DNA from: Byssovorax sp.
GTDB taxonomy: Bacteria > Myxococcota_A > Polyangia > Polyangiales > Polyangiaceae
Assembly: GCA_040006075.1 (NCBI GenBank)
Contig: JBDTXR010000002.1
Span: 1,556 to 65,555 of the forward strand
Length of the DNA: 64,000 nucleotides
Reading direction: 5' to 3'
Shown: one piece after another, positions 1 to 8,182 of the stretch
How positions within the stretch are numbered: the stretch's first letter is position 1
Layout of the letters: each line of letters starts with the position of its first letter
Notes under the pieces: generated by a model
The model's database searches: none
What the model was told of the DNA's origin: nothing
What the model saw: the letters and a program-made list of their open reading frames with translations, nothing else
Program-made: the position numbers and the translations under genes

Positions 1-184
1 ATTGCTCGACCCGGGTCTCGGAGAGGGTGCCAAAGACGGTGTGCTGAGCGAGGCGGCGGAGCAGCGCGAGTTTGTCGGAGGTTTGGGGCTCGCGAGCGAG
101 GCGGCGGGCGCGCAGCGCGTGGAGGGCGCTGAAGTCGACGAGGCTGCGGAGCGCGGGGAGCGTGATCGCGGGGCGCGGCGTCAT
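1..184 (-). CDS. hypothetical protein, 5' part only (gene runs off the left edge); third gene of the AlbA_2/NACHT operon
   Basis: My own minus-strand translation starts at ATG 184-182, 5 nt after the TGA (192-190) of the NACHT gene. It reads MTPRPAITLPALRSLVDFSALHALRARRLAREPQTSDKLALLRRLAQHTVFGTLSETRVEQ, with G/C at nearly every third codon position. It is absent from the ORF track because no stop lies in the window. No family recognised. Confidence 0.5.
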   Translation of the reverse strand, partial: MTPRPAITLPALRSLVDFSALHALRARRLAREPQTSDKLALLRRLAQHTVFGTLSETRVEQ

Positions 185-189
185 CGGGA

Positions 190-3100
190 TCAGCCGGCGG
201 GCTCGGAGGGGCCGCTGGCTTCGCGGGTGGCGATGGTCCAAAGGGCGGTGAAGATATGGTCGGAGTAGGCGCTGGGCTGCTCGTGGCCAGCCATGTAGCC
301 AGCGAGACGTCCGGCTTCTTTGTTGGATGCGAGCTGGCCGATAGCGGTGCAGATCGCGTTCAATTGCTTCTCCTGCGGATTTTGGGCTGCTGCCATCATG
401 GGTTCCAGCGCCTCCTTTGCTCCGAGTTCGCCGAGTGCGTGGATGGCATCGGCTCTTAGTACTCCGTCGTCATGGAGAAATACATCGAGCAACGGGCCTA
501 TGGCGGCGTCCTGTTTATGATGTGCGAGAGCAATTGCGGCGGCGGTTTTGACGCGAACATCCGTGTCGCTAAGCGCCGCTCTGTACGCCTTCATGGCGCG
601 CTCCGACGACATCCTAGAAATGGCCTTGATAGCGCTCGCGCGCACCATCGCAGAAAAGTCGCCAGTCAACGCTAGCAGCGGTTCGAGCGCGGCTTCGACT
701 CCGATTAATGCGTTGACCGCCCCCAAGCGCACGTGTTTGTCTTGGCTGCGAAGGATGTTGATTCGGTCCTTCTCGGTATGCCATCGGGGGGTTATTAGCT
801 TTCCCATGAACGAAATGAAATTGTCGTCGGATACATCGAAGACGCCGACGATCGGCTCGCTTGACACGGCGATAGCCAGAGCGGTGCAAAATCGAACGTC
901 AGATTTTTCGTCGGAAATCAAGATCTTCAGCCAGTCCGCATCCCTGAAGTGTACGAATGTCGCAGCGAGCGCCATTTGCACCATACAAGATTTGTTCTGC
1001 TGAAGGATGTGAGCTGCCGTCGTAGCCTCCGCATGTGACAGATACTTCAGCGCACCCGCCGCAGCTGCTCGAACACCCTCGTCTCCATCTCGCAATATGT
1101 TCTTTAGCTGAGATTCAGAGAGATCTCGTGCGCGCGGAGACAGCGCATTAATGGCGGCGGAGCGAACCTCGGGGCGCGGATCGGATAGGCTTAGCGCGAT
1201 GCTTTGAGTGATGTCTTTTGACAGGAAACTGTGCAGCGCGATCGCTGCCGCCTTACTCACCGTAGTGCTCCCATCCGACAGCGCGCCAACCAGCGCTTCT
1301 TCTACGCCAGCGGCTCGCAAGTGTCCGAGTGCTGACGCGATGCGAGCGCGCGCGTTATCGTTTCCCTTCCCAATCCGACGCACGCAAGCCATCGCAACGC
1401 GCGGCGCAAAGTCCGTCAGAGCAAGCTCCTTTAGAAATGGCTCCACCAGGTCACGCGGCATCACGGCGACCCATGTAGCCATATCCTCCGCAACCCGCAG
1501 TTGGAGCGCCTCTGGCGGCGCATCTCCGGCCTCCGCAGCAAGAAGCGCCGCGAGCGGCACCTGCTTCTTCAAGAGCTTGGTAACCCACGCCCGCGGCTCC
1601 GGCTCCTCGTGCTCCAGCACCTTCTTCACGAAGATCTGCGCTGCCTTCGGACGCTTCTGCACAAGCGCCAGATAACCAACGCCTAGCCGGATTACCTCTT
1701 CCCAGCGAGGATCGAAGAGATGCTGAAGCGCGACGCTCTCGAATTCTTCCTTCGCGTGCAGCCCTGCCGCCACGAAGAACTCTTGAAACGTGAGATGGAG
1801 AAACCCCCACTCCCGGGCGCCGCGCTCCAGGAGGATCTGAACGTCGTCCCCGGCGCGCTTCAGGAACTCGCGCGCGGCTCGCTTGGCGACGGAGGGAGTC
1901 ACGCTCTTCTGCTGGCCTAATGCTTCCTCAATCTTGCGGAGCACGAACTCTTCCGGCGCGATGCCGGTTGGGTACTGCTCGTGCATCGCCAGCGCCAGTT
2001 CGCCCAGGATGGGCAGCGCCTCTTCCTCGTACTCGATAACAGCCGCATTGACCTTGTCAAACACGAGCCGACGTGTTTCGGTCCACGTCTCGCACAGCGC
2101 TCGCGCAAAGACCTCATAAGCCTGCACGCGGTGACGCGGCAGCTTCCCCTCCGCGCGATGAATCAGCGCCAGCGCGGAGAGCATGAAAGGATTCCGCGCC
2201 AGACTCAAGAGCCTCGGGCTGGCCCGCAGCGCTTCGAGGAGCCGATTCGCTTCCCCCTCGTCGGTCGGCTCCGCGTCCGTCTCCCAGCGCACGTAAGCCC
2301 GATGAAATACGCGGACGTACAGGTCGACCTGCTCTTCGTTGAACGGACGCAGCACCACCTCTGCAACGTCCCCTGGGAGCTGGAACCCGGTGTACCCAAC
2401 GACGCGCGATGAGACGAGGAACCGGTTCTGCGCGTACACCGCTGCGAACGATTCGAGCCACTGATAGATCGCTTGCCGCTCGTCGCTCTTCACCTCGTCG
2501 AGGCCATCGAACAAGACGACGCAACGTCCGCCCTCCAGCTCAGCGGCGAGCAGCTCTCGCAGCTTCGCCTCGTCTTCGTAGATGTTGCGGTCGTGGAGAT
2601 AGCGAGCGAGCGCATCGAGAACCGAGACCGATTGGCCCCCGAGCCCGCGCCGCACCTCAGCGAGGCGCCCTACGCTGACGGGGAGCGGCAACAGGCGCTC
2701 GGAGACGCCAAGCTTCCCATCCAGCGCGAAGCTGCCCGCAGCAGAGACGACCGCGAGCCAGCGCAGCAGCGTCGTCTTCCCGGACCCCGGATCGCCGAGC
2801 ACGACGAGGCTCCGGTGCCGCGCGAACAGCTCGCGAAAGTCACGCGTCCCTTCCTCGTTCACGGCCGGGCTTCGCGCACTCCACGGCAGCGGGATCAATG
2901 CCTCTTCGAGCGCTCTCTCTTTGCGTAGATCCGCGTCGAGGCGGCGGCGCAGCTCGACCTCGGACAACACGAAGATGTCGCGGATATCGAGCCGAGGCGG
3001 CACCTTCTTCTGGAGCCGGAAGCCGACATAACGAACGAGCCGGACGTCGGTTCCGAGGGCATAGCCCCTGAGCCTGTCCCAGAGGCGCGCGGTCTCGCTG

Positions 3101-3699
3101 ACGACGAGTTCGGGCGCTGCCGACGCCGCTGCGCTTGGCGGGAAGGCATAGGTGCAACGCTCGGTGCCGGGGAGACCCCCCAGCTCGGCGAACTCGCGCT
3201 TGCTCTTCTCGACGAGCGGGAGCGCCAAGGCCAGCGCTTCGCTCAGCGCGATCGTCCCGACCTGCGCTTCCGCGGCGAGCTTCCGGCACACGTCGACGTC
3301 ACCGCTGCTCACCAGGCCCGGTTCCGCTCCGGGACGAACGCGCCCGACGTGGGCACCAATCTTTACCGACAGATTCAGCTCGGCTCGAACTCGATTCCAC
3401 AGATCCCTGGCAGCCTTGAACGTATGTCCGGGAAGATCCGCGGCCGGAACGCCGCCAAAGACCAGTAGCAGCGCGTCGCCGTCCCACGCGAGCGGCTCCA
3501 ACGCGCCGTGGTTGCTCGCAATGAGCTCGACCCCGGCCATGTACTGCGCCTGCTGCCGGAGGACTTGCTCGTCGTAGGTCCCGCGCCACGGGAGCGCATC
3601 CTGGGGCAGCTCGATTCGCACGAGTCCGGCAAACGCGCCTTCCGCCGGCGCGTCCGTCAGCCAGGCCGGAAGCACCACGTTCGAAGCAGACTCGGTCAC
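190..3699 (-). CDS. NLR-like STAND NTPase: class III nucleotide-cyclase-like N-terminal domain + NACHT P-loop NTPase + C-terminal HEAT-type repeats
   Basis: Part of ORF 190..4287(-). I take the start as GTG 3699-3697 (VTESASNVVLPAW...), which overlaps the TGA of the upstream gene (GTGA). Walker A is LVVLGDPGSGKTTLLRWL (~nt 2772-2796) and Walker B is CVVLFDGLDEV (~2491-2520). Cyclase-like motifs are GDALLLVFGG, KIGAHVGRV and GDVDVCRKLAAEAQVGTIALSEAL. The C-terminal part carries repeated D..VR.aA..AL units (PEVRSAAINAL, DEGVRAAAAGAL, HVRLGAVNAL, AMVRASAIKAI, DVRVKTAAAIAL). Confidence 0.85.
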   Translation of the reverse strand: MTESASNVVLPAWLTDAPAEGAFAGLVRIELPQDALPWRGTYDEQVLRQQAQYMAGVELIASNHGALEPLAWDGDALLLVFGGVPAADLPGHTFKAARDLWNRVRAELNLSVKIGAHVGRVRPGAEPGLVSSGDVDVCRKLAAEAQVGTIALSEALALALPLVEKSKREFAELGGLPGTERCTYAFPPSAAASAAPELVVSETARLWDRLRGYALGTDVRLVRYVGFRLQKKVPPRLDIRDIFVLSEVELRRRLDADLRKERALEEALIPLPWSARSPAVNEEGTRDFRELFARHRSLVVLGDPGSGKTTLLRWLAVVSAAGSFALDGKLGVSERLLPLPVSVGRLAEVRRGLGGQSVSVLDALARYLHDRNIYEDEAKLRELLAAELEGGRCVVLFDGLDEVKSDERQAIYQWLESFAAVYAQNRFLVSSRVVGYTGFQLPGDVAEVVLRPFNEEQVDLYVRVFHRAYVRWETDAEPTDEGEANRLLEALRASPRLLSLARNPFMLSALALIHRAEGKLPRHRVQAYEVFARALCETWTETRRLVFDKVNAAVIEYEEEALPILGELALAMHEQYPTGIAPEEFVLRKIEEALGQQKSVTPSVAKRAAREFLKRAGDDVQILLERGAREWGFLHLTFQEFFVAAGLHAKEEFESVALQHLFDPRWEEVIRLGVGYLALVQKRPKAAQIFVKKVLEHEEPEPRAWVTKLLKKQVPLAALLAAEAGDAPPEALQLRVAEDMATWVAVMPRDLVEPFLKELALTDFAPRVAMACVRRIGKGNDNARARIASALGHLRAAGVEEALVGALSDGSTTVSKAAAIALHSFLSKDITQSIALSLSDPRPEVRSAAINALSPRARDLSESQLKNILRDGDEGVRAAAAGALKYLSHAEATTAAHILQQNKSCMVQMALAATFVHFRDADWLKILISDEKSDVRFCTALAIAVSSEPIVGVFDVSDDNFISFMGKLITPRWHTEKDRINILRSQDKHVRLGAVNALIGVEAALEPLLALTGDFSAMVRASAIKAISRMSSERAMKAYRAALSDTDVRVKTAAAIALAHHKQDAAIGPLLDVFLHDDGVLRADAIHALGELGAKEALEPMMAAAQNPQEKQLNAICTAIGQLASNKEAGRLAGYMAGHEQPSAYSDHIFTALWTIATREASGPSEPAG

Positions 3700-4850
3700 G
3701 ACGCCTCCTGCGGCTTCGATCGGAGCACCACACGGAAGTGGCCTCCCTCCAGGTTGAACTCGGGCTCCGGGAACCCAAGCTCGCTCATCTTCGCGATCAT
3801 CTCCGGCACGCCGATACCCAGGCTCTCGCTCCGCCGCGCCCGCGACAGCAGCGCGGCGATCACCGGATTCCGCCGCACGCTGATCCCCCCGAGCCGCACA
3901 CTGTCGAGCGTGAGATGGTTCAGCAGCAGCCCTGGATTGATGATCTCGATCCGATCCGAGAAAACAAAGAGCCGCACCTGCGAAGCCGCCCGGTAATCCC
4001 GGTGCGCGAGCGCATTGACGAGCGCCTCGCGGAGCACCACCTCTGGAACCCCCCGCGCCGCGCGCTCGAAACCCGAAATCCCCTCCGGCGTCGGCAAGAA
4101 CATGCTCGCATGATCGAGCTGCTGCAGAAGCGTCCCGCCGATCTCCTTCCGGTCCGCGAACTCGCCCGACATCGCCGTCCCCGCGAAGCGAACCGCAGAG
4201 ATCCGCGCATCCGGGATCCACCGCTGCGGCTCCCGGCCAAACAGCAGCAGCCCCGCCACCGTCGGCACCCCCGCGGCATCCAGGCACTTGAACGAGCGAA
4301 GGTAATGCTCGCGTCGCGCGGTCGCGCTCGGCTCGTAGTGGGCTCGGAGATATCCATCAATCGCCTCGACGTCGAGATCGTCGATCTTCGCCCCGTCCAC
4401 CGTCGACTCGTCGTGATAGACGTTCTGCGATTGCAGCAAGCGGAGCATCTCTTCGCGTGACGCCTCGCGGGTCATGCTGGCGTCGCGGATGTAGAAGATA
4501 TGCTCGGCCCGATAAGGCCGGTCGGGGCTCGACGCGGGGACGTCGACGACGATCAGCAGCTTGCCCGCCACCTCGGCCTTGGTGATCGGGCACCAGATCG
4601 CCGGCCGGATCAGGCTCTGGCACACCTGCACGACCTGGAGCATCAGCGTGTCGGCCTGCTTCACCGTCCCGACGCCGCTGATCGTCCCGTCGTCCTCGAC
4701 CCCGACGAAAATCTGTCCCCCGCGGGCGTTCGCGAAGGCCGAGATCGCGCGGGCCAGAACCTTCCCATCGAGCCCCCGGGACGAGCTCTTGAACTCGGTC
4801 CGCGAGTCTTCTCCGAGCTGAATGCGCTGCGCGATCGTTGTAGCGTCCAC
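3696..4850 (-). CDS. Schlafen-like AlbA_2 domain + HATPase_c_4 domain protein (putative nucleic-acid-binding ATP-binding protein)
   Basis: C-terminal 384 aa of ORF 3696..5837(-). I take GTG 4850 (VDATTIAQRIQLGEDSRTEFK) as the start, because longer in-frame starts would overlap the divergent gene at 4977. The AlbA_2 motif is EDSRTEFKSS...ISAFANARGGQIFVGVEDDGTISGV. The HATPase_c_4 motif is REALVNALAHRDYRAASQVRLFVFSDRIEIINPG. Confidence 0.8.
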   Translation of the reverse strand: MDATTIAQRIQLGEDSRTEFKSSSRGLDGKVLARAISAFANARGGQIFVGVEDDGTISGVGTVKQADTLMLQVVQVCQSLIRPAIWCPITKAEVAGKLLIVVDVPASSPDRPYRAEHIFYIRDASMTREASREEMLRLLQSQNVYHDESTVDGAKIDDLDVEAIDGYLRAHYEPSATARREHYLRSFKCLDAAGVPTVAGLLLFGREPQRWIPDARISAVRFAGTAMSGEFADRKEIGGTLLQQLDHASMFLPTPEGISGFERAARGVPEVVLREALVNALAHRDYRAASQVRLFVFSDRIEIINPGLLLNHLTLDSVRLGGISVRRNPVIAALLSRARRSESLGIGVPEMIAKMSELGFPEPEFNLEGGHFRVVLRSKPQEAS

Positions 4851-4976
4851 GGCGCGGAGGGTACTCGCAGCCGGCGCCGATGGCGAGGCGCACGTCGGCA
4901 GCCGCAGAGCCCGCGCGCTCCAGCGGCGACGCAAGAGATATCTTGCGCTCCCGCCCGACCTGGATAGCCTCGCGGC

Positions 4977-5789
4977 ATGGGGAGCAAGGGAAAGAAAATG
5001 ACAACTCATCTCGATCGCTGGCACACCGACGCCGTCGCCCTCGTCGCCACCGAGAATCCGCTCCGCGTGCCCTACGACGTCTTCCTGAGCGAGGCCGGGC
5101 AAGTCGCGAAGTTCTTCGCCAGACACTGGGAGCCAACTCCGGGCCTCCCGGGCCTCTCGCGAGTGAAGGCGCGTTTGCCGAAGAGCACCGGAGACGACAT
5201 CCTCTCTCTCGTCCACGCAACGCAAGAGCAGCAGACCAGGCTCCTTCTCCTCGTCGATCCGGTGGTCGTGGACCAGGGTGAGCGCGCCCGTTTTCTCATC
5301 GATGAGCTGGAGTCCGCGCTGGAGTTCCTGCTCGACGACGACGTCACCGAAGAGGCTGATACCCAGCTCGCCGCCCTCCAGGCGTTTCACGCCCAGGCCG
5401 GGCAACGATCGAGCGTGCTGCACCAGGCGTTGAGCGATTATGCCGCTCTGGCCGGGTCGCTGCAAGCGCGGCTCGTCGCTGTGGACGAGGCGTTCGACGT
5501 GGCGCTCATCGCCGAGGCCAGGGCGCTCGGCACGAAGCTGGCCGCTGCGCCGGCCGCGCCGCCTCCGGCGCAAGAGGCGGTGAAGAGCGCGGTGCTCGCG
5601 CGCAATGGCCTGCTCACGCTGCTCGGCAACAAGATCGCGCTGGTGCGCAAGGGCGCGGCGCATGTGTTCCGGGCCTTCCCGGAGACGTATCGCGAGGTCA
5701 CGAGCACCTATGAGCGGCGGCGCCGGGCGGCGGCGCGGCGGGCGAAGGGGAAAGAGGCGGGCAAGGCGAAGGGCGAGGGCGGCGGATGA
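4977..5789 (+). CDS. hypothetical helical protein with a Lys/Arg-rich C-terminal tail
   Basis: ORF 4977..5789 with an ATG start. Its composition is balanced and Leu/Ala/Glu-rich, unlike the Arg/Pro/Gly-rich overlapping shadow ORFs. It is divergent from the AlbA_2 gene. No family recognised. Confidence 0.6.
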   Translation: MGSKGKKMTTHLDRWHTDAVALVATENPLRVPYDVFLSEAGQVAKFFARHWEPTPGLPGLSRVKARLPKSTGDDILSLVHATQEQQTRLLLLVDPVVVDQGERARFLIDELESALEFLLDDDVTEEADTQLAALQAFHAQAGQRSSVLHQALSDYAALAGSLQARLVAVDEAFDVALIAEARALGTKLAAAPAAPPPAQEAVKSAVLARNGLLTLLGNKIALVRKGAAHVFRAFPETYREVTSTYERRRRAAARRAKGKEAGKAKGEGGG

Positions 5790-5848
5790 GGGCCAATCGC
5801 CTTGGTATTGCTCGTCTCCGCACCTACCTTTGCGCATAGGCTTTCTTT

Positions 5849-7153
5849 GTGCGCCGCACCCTCACCCTGATCCTCCTGCTCTCGAGCGGCATCGGCTGCT
5901 CACCCTTCGTGGCCGACGCGCCGGACCTGCCCGCAGCGCTGATCTCGACGGTCGCCCGCGCGACGATCACGCTCTCTGCGATCTCGCGCGCGCCCGAGAA
6001 CGCCCCTCCGATCGTCGTCGCCGCGACGAACCTGGATGCCGACCACTGGCGCGTCCGATTCACCGCGGCGCAAGCGCCGGCCCTCGCGCGCGAGCTCGAA
6101 GGCCTGCTCGGCGCGCCGGTCCTCGCGAGCGACCTCGACCTCTCGGGAGCCGCGGATCAGTGGACGCTTCGCGTGAAGGGCGACTCGCCGCAATCGGCGC
6201 TCGCGCGCTGCTCGACGCTGGTGCGGATCCTCGCGAAGCCGCTCGAGACCGAGCGCGGCGCGGCGCGAGCGTGGCTCGACGCCGAGCGCGCGCGGACGCT
6301 CGGATCGTTGAGGGATCTCGAGCGCTCGCTCCAGGTGTTGCCGCCGGAAGCGGGCGGGCGCGAGCTGCCTCGAAGCTGGGACGAGGCGCTGACCGAAGCG
6401 CAGGTTCATGTCCTCGAAGCGCGCGCCGAGACCGCGATGTTGCCCTCTCTGCCGCAGCCCGCGGCGCTCCGGCGCCTGGAGATCAACGCCATGGCCGAGG
6501 CCGCTCCGCTCGCGGTCGAGCTCGGGGCGGCCCACCCCGCGCGGCAGCGCGCAGCGGCCCTCGTCGAGGCCTTGCACGCGCGGATCGAGGCCCAGCTCGG
6601 GATCGAGCGCCGCGTCGCCGAGGAGTGGCGTTCGAAGATCGAAGCGCGGGCGAGGGATCGCCGCGGCGACGTCCGCCGCGCGCTGCGCGAGATCCTGCGC
6701 GATCGCCTCGGCTCCCGCGACCTCGGCCCCGGCGCGGTGGCGAGCTCGGATCCGCTTTCTCTACGGCGGATCGCGATCGAGCGCGCCGCGGAAGAGGCGG
6801 AGATCGCCGCCCTCGGCGCGCGCTACGGCGCCCGTCATCCGCAGCGCTTGCTCGCCGCGGAGCGCCTGGCGCAGCTCGACGCGAGCTTCGAGATCGAGCG
6901 CAAATCCCTGCTGTCGGCGATCGATCAAGAGCTCCAGGTGCAGGACGCGATCGGCCGCGTCGCCGGGCGATCGGTCGCGGTCGCAGCCGGCCCGCGCGCT
7001 GTCGATCCCGGCGGATCCGATCGTCGCGCGCAGGCGCTCTCGGACGAGCGACTCGCCCTCGCCGCGACGCTCGAGCGCCTCGCGAGGTGGGACGACGCGC
7101 TCGGCGCTGCGAGTCCTGCGCCGATCGTCTCGACGTGCGCGCTCGCGCGTTGA
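5849..7153 (+). CDS. coiled-coil lipoprotein (weak Wzz/GumC GNVR-type motif)
   Basis: GTG start. Signal peptide plus lipobox MRRTLTLILLLSSGIGC. Ala/Leu/Arg/Glu-rich. LGARYGARHPQRLLAAERLAQL resembles the LG.kHP motif of chain-length-determinant proteins, but this is a weak match by eye. Confidence 0.6.
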   Translation: MRRTLTLILLLSSGIGCSPFVADAPDLPAALISTVARATITLSAISRAPENAPPIVVAATNLDADHWRVRFTAAQAPALARELEGLLGAPVLASDLDLSGAADQWTLRVKGDSPQSALARCSTLVRILAKPLETERGAARAWLDAERARTLGSLRDLERSLQVLPPEAGGRELPRSWDEALTEAQVHVLEARAETAMLPSLPQPAALRRLEINAMAEAAPLAVELGAAHPARQRAAALVEALHARIEAQLGIERRVAEEWRSKIEARARDRRGDVRRALREILRDRLGSRDLGPGAVASSDPLSLRRIAIERAAEEAEIAALGARYGARHPQRLLAAERLAQLDASFEIERKSLLSAIDQELQVQDAIGRVAGRSVAVAAGPRAVDPGGSDRRAQALSDERLALAATLERLARWDDALGAASPAPIVSTCALAR

Positions 7154-7253
7154 GCCGCGGTCCGCGCCAGTGCCGTGCAAGCCGCCGCCTCGGAGGCGGG
7201 CGTATATTCTGGCCGCCCACGAAAAAAAGCCGCAGAACAACCCCGAGGACGTG

Positions 7254-7517
7254 ATGGCGCAATTGATCGAAGCTGCGGGCGAAGAGGCGAAAGAGGAGCT
7301 CGTGTCCCTGGCCGACTGGCTGCGCGAGCAGGGGCGCGAGCAGGGGCGCGAGCAAGGTGAGCAAATCATCTTGCTGAAGCAGCTCCGCTTGCGGTTCGGC
7401 GAGCTCTCGGAGGCCGTCAGGGTGCGCGTCCAGGCCGCCGGATCGGCGCAGATCGAGCGCTGGGCCGAGCTCGTCCTCACGGCCCGCACGCTCGACGAAG
7501 TGTTGAGCGAGCGCTGA
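7254..7517 (+). CDS. DUF4351-like small protein (isolated C-terminal module of Rpn/YhgA-type PD-(D/E)XK putative transposases; possible remnant)
   Basis: ATG 7254 is preceded by GAGGA. The sequence ...IILLKQLRLRFGELSEAVRVRVQAAGSAQIERWAELVLTARTLDEVL matches the DUF4351 pattern as I remember it. No nuclease domain lies upstream. A 12-nt tandem repeat (cgcgagcagggg, two perfect copies plus one imperfect, 7323-7358) encodes REQGREQGREQG. Confidence 0.55.
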   Translation: MAQLIEAAGEEAKEELVSLADWLREQGREQGREQGEQIILLKQLRLRFGELSEAVRVRVQAAGSAQIERWAELVLTARTLDEVLSER

Positions 7518-7651
7518 AGGTCTGACCGTTTTTCGGTCAGACCTGATGCGGGGTGGGGTGGGGCCCCGCGGAAGGAACTTCCGTGGGGCGGGGAGGCAAG
7601 TTGCCTCCCCGTACGAGACGGAAGAGTCTGGCCGAATTCCGGCCGGACTCT
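7518..7651. other. array of four different stem-loops in one intergenic region
   Basis: Read directly from the sequence. 7518-7544: aggtctgaccg-ttttt-cggtcagacct, 11-bp perfect stem. 7564-7588: ccccgcggaag-gaa-cttccgtgggg, 11 bp with one G-T. 7590-7610: ggggaggcaa-g-ttgcctcccc. 7623-7651: agagtctggccg-aattc-cggccggactct, 12 bp with one G-T. Confidence 0.7.
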
Positions 7652-7728
7652 GAGCCGACGGGTTGCAGAGCGTCGTCGCGAGCGTGCTGTGAGCGCTCGG
7701 GCAATGGGCGCTCGTGAGGAGGATGCAA

Positions 7729-8136
7729 ATGCCGCATAGCGGTCTCCGGGAAGCGATGCGCGCCGCGGCGATGCGGTATCCAGGCGCGGAAGAGGGCATT
7801 GCCTGTCCGGGAACGGCGCTGGAGAGCAGCGCCTTCAAGGCCCGCAAGAAGACCTTTCTGTTCGTCAGCGCAGCGCACGCGAGGCTCAAGCTGCGGCAGG
7901 CGATCCCGGAGGCGGTCAATCTCGCAGCGAACGAGCCGGCGCGCTACCAGGTCGGCGCGCTCGGGTGGATCAAGGTCACCTTCGAGCCCGCGCCCGGTCC
8001 GCCGCTGGAGCTGCTCTATCGCTGGATCGCCGAGAGCTATCGAGTCGTCGTCGCCGGCGACAGCCCCGCGAAGGCGGTTGTGAAGACGCCGGTGAGCAAG
8101 GCGACCGCGAAGAAGAAGACTCCCTCGCGCGGGTAA
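7729..8136 (+). CDS. MmcQ/YjbR-family protein
   Basis: Part of ORF 7714..8136. ATG 7729 lies 6 nt after AGGAGG (7717-7722). The pattern ...KARKKTFLFV...GALGWIKVTF...LLYRWIAESYRVV is typical of YjbR-like proteins. Confidence 0.6.
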   Translation: MPHSGLREAMRAAAMRYPGAEEGIACPGTALESSAFKARKKTFLFVSAAHARLKLRQAIPEAVNLAANEPARYQVGALGWIKVTFEPAPGPPLELLYRWIAESYRVVVAGDSPAKAVVKTPVSKATAKKKTPSRG

Positions 8137-8182
8137 CAGGCACTCTCGCCCGGCGGAGCTGGGCGCCAGTCGAGCGCGGCTG

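Noticed and set aside
2-268. 88-aa plus-strand ORF at the window start.
   Set aside because: It lies antisense to the stop/start junction of two well-supported minus-strand genes and has Gly/Glu/Arg-rich composition.
3700-4287. N-terminal extension of ORF 190..4287, and likewise the 5' extensions of 3696..5837, 8183..11026, 43991..46504, 45223..47628, 46680..47912, 37422..39311 and 38606..39505.
   Set aside because: The extensions overlap the upstream gene and are Arg/Gly-rich. Internal starts give proper signal peptides, lipoboxes or SD sequences, and short or overlapping operon junctions.
7518-7544. First hairpin after the DUF4351 ORF, as a classical rho-independent terminator.
   Set aside because: It has a perfect 11-bp stem, but the only T-run is in the loop and none follows the stem. 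I keep it as part of the hairpin array and do not call it a terminator.
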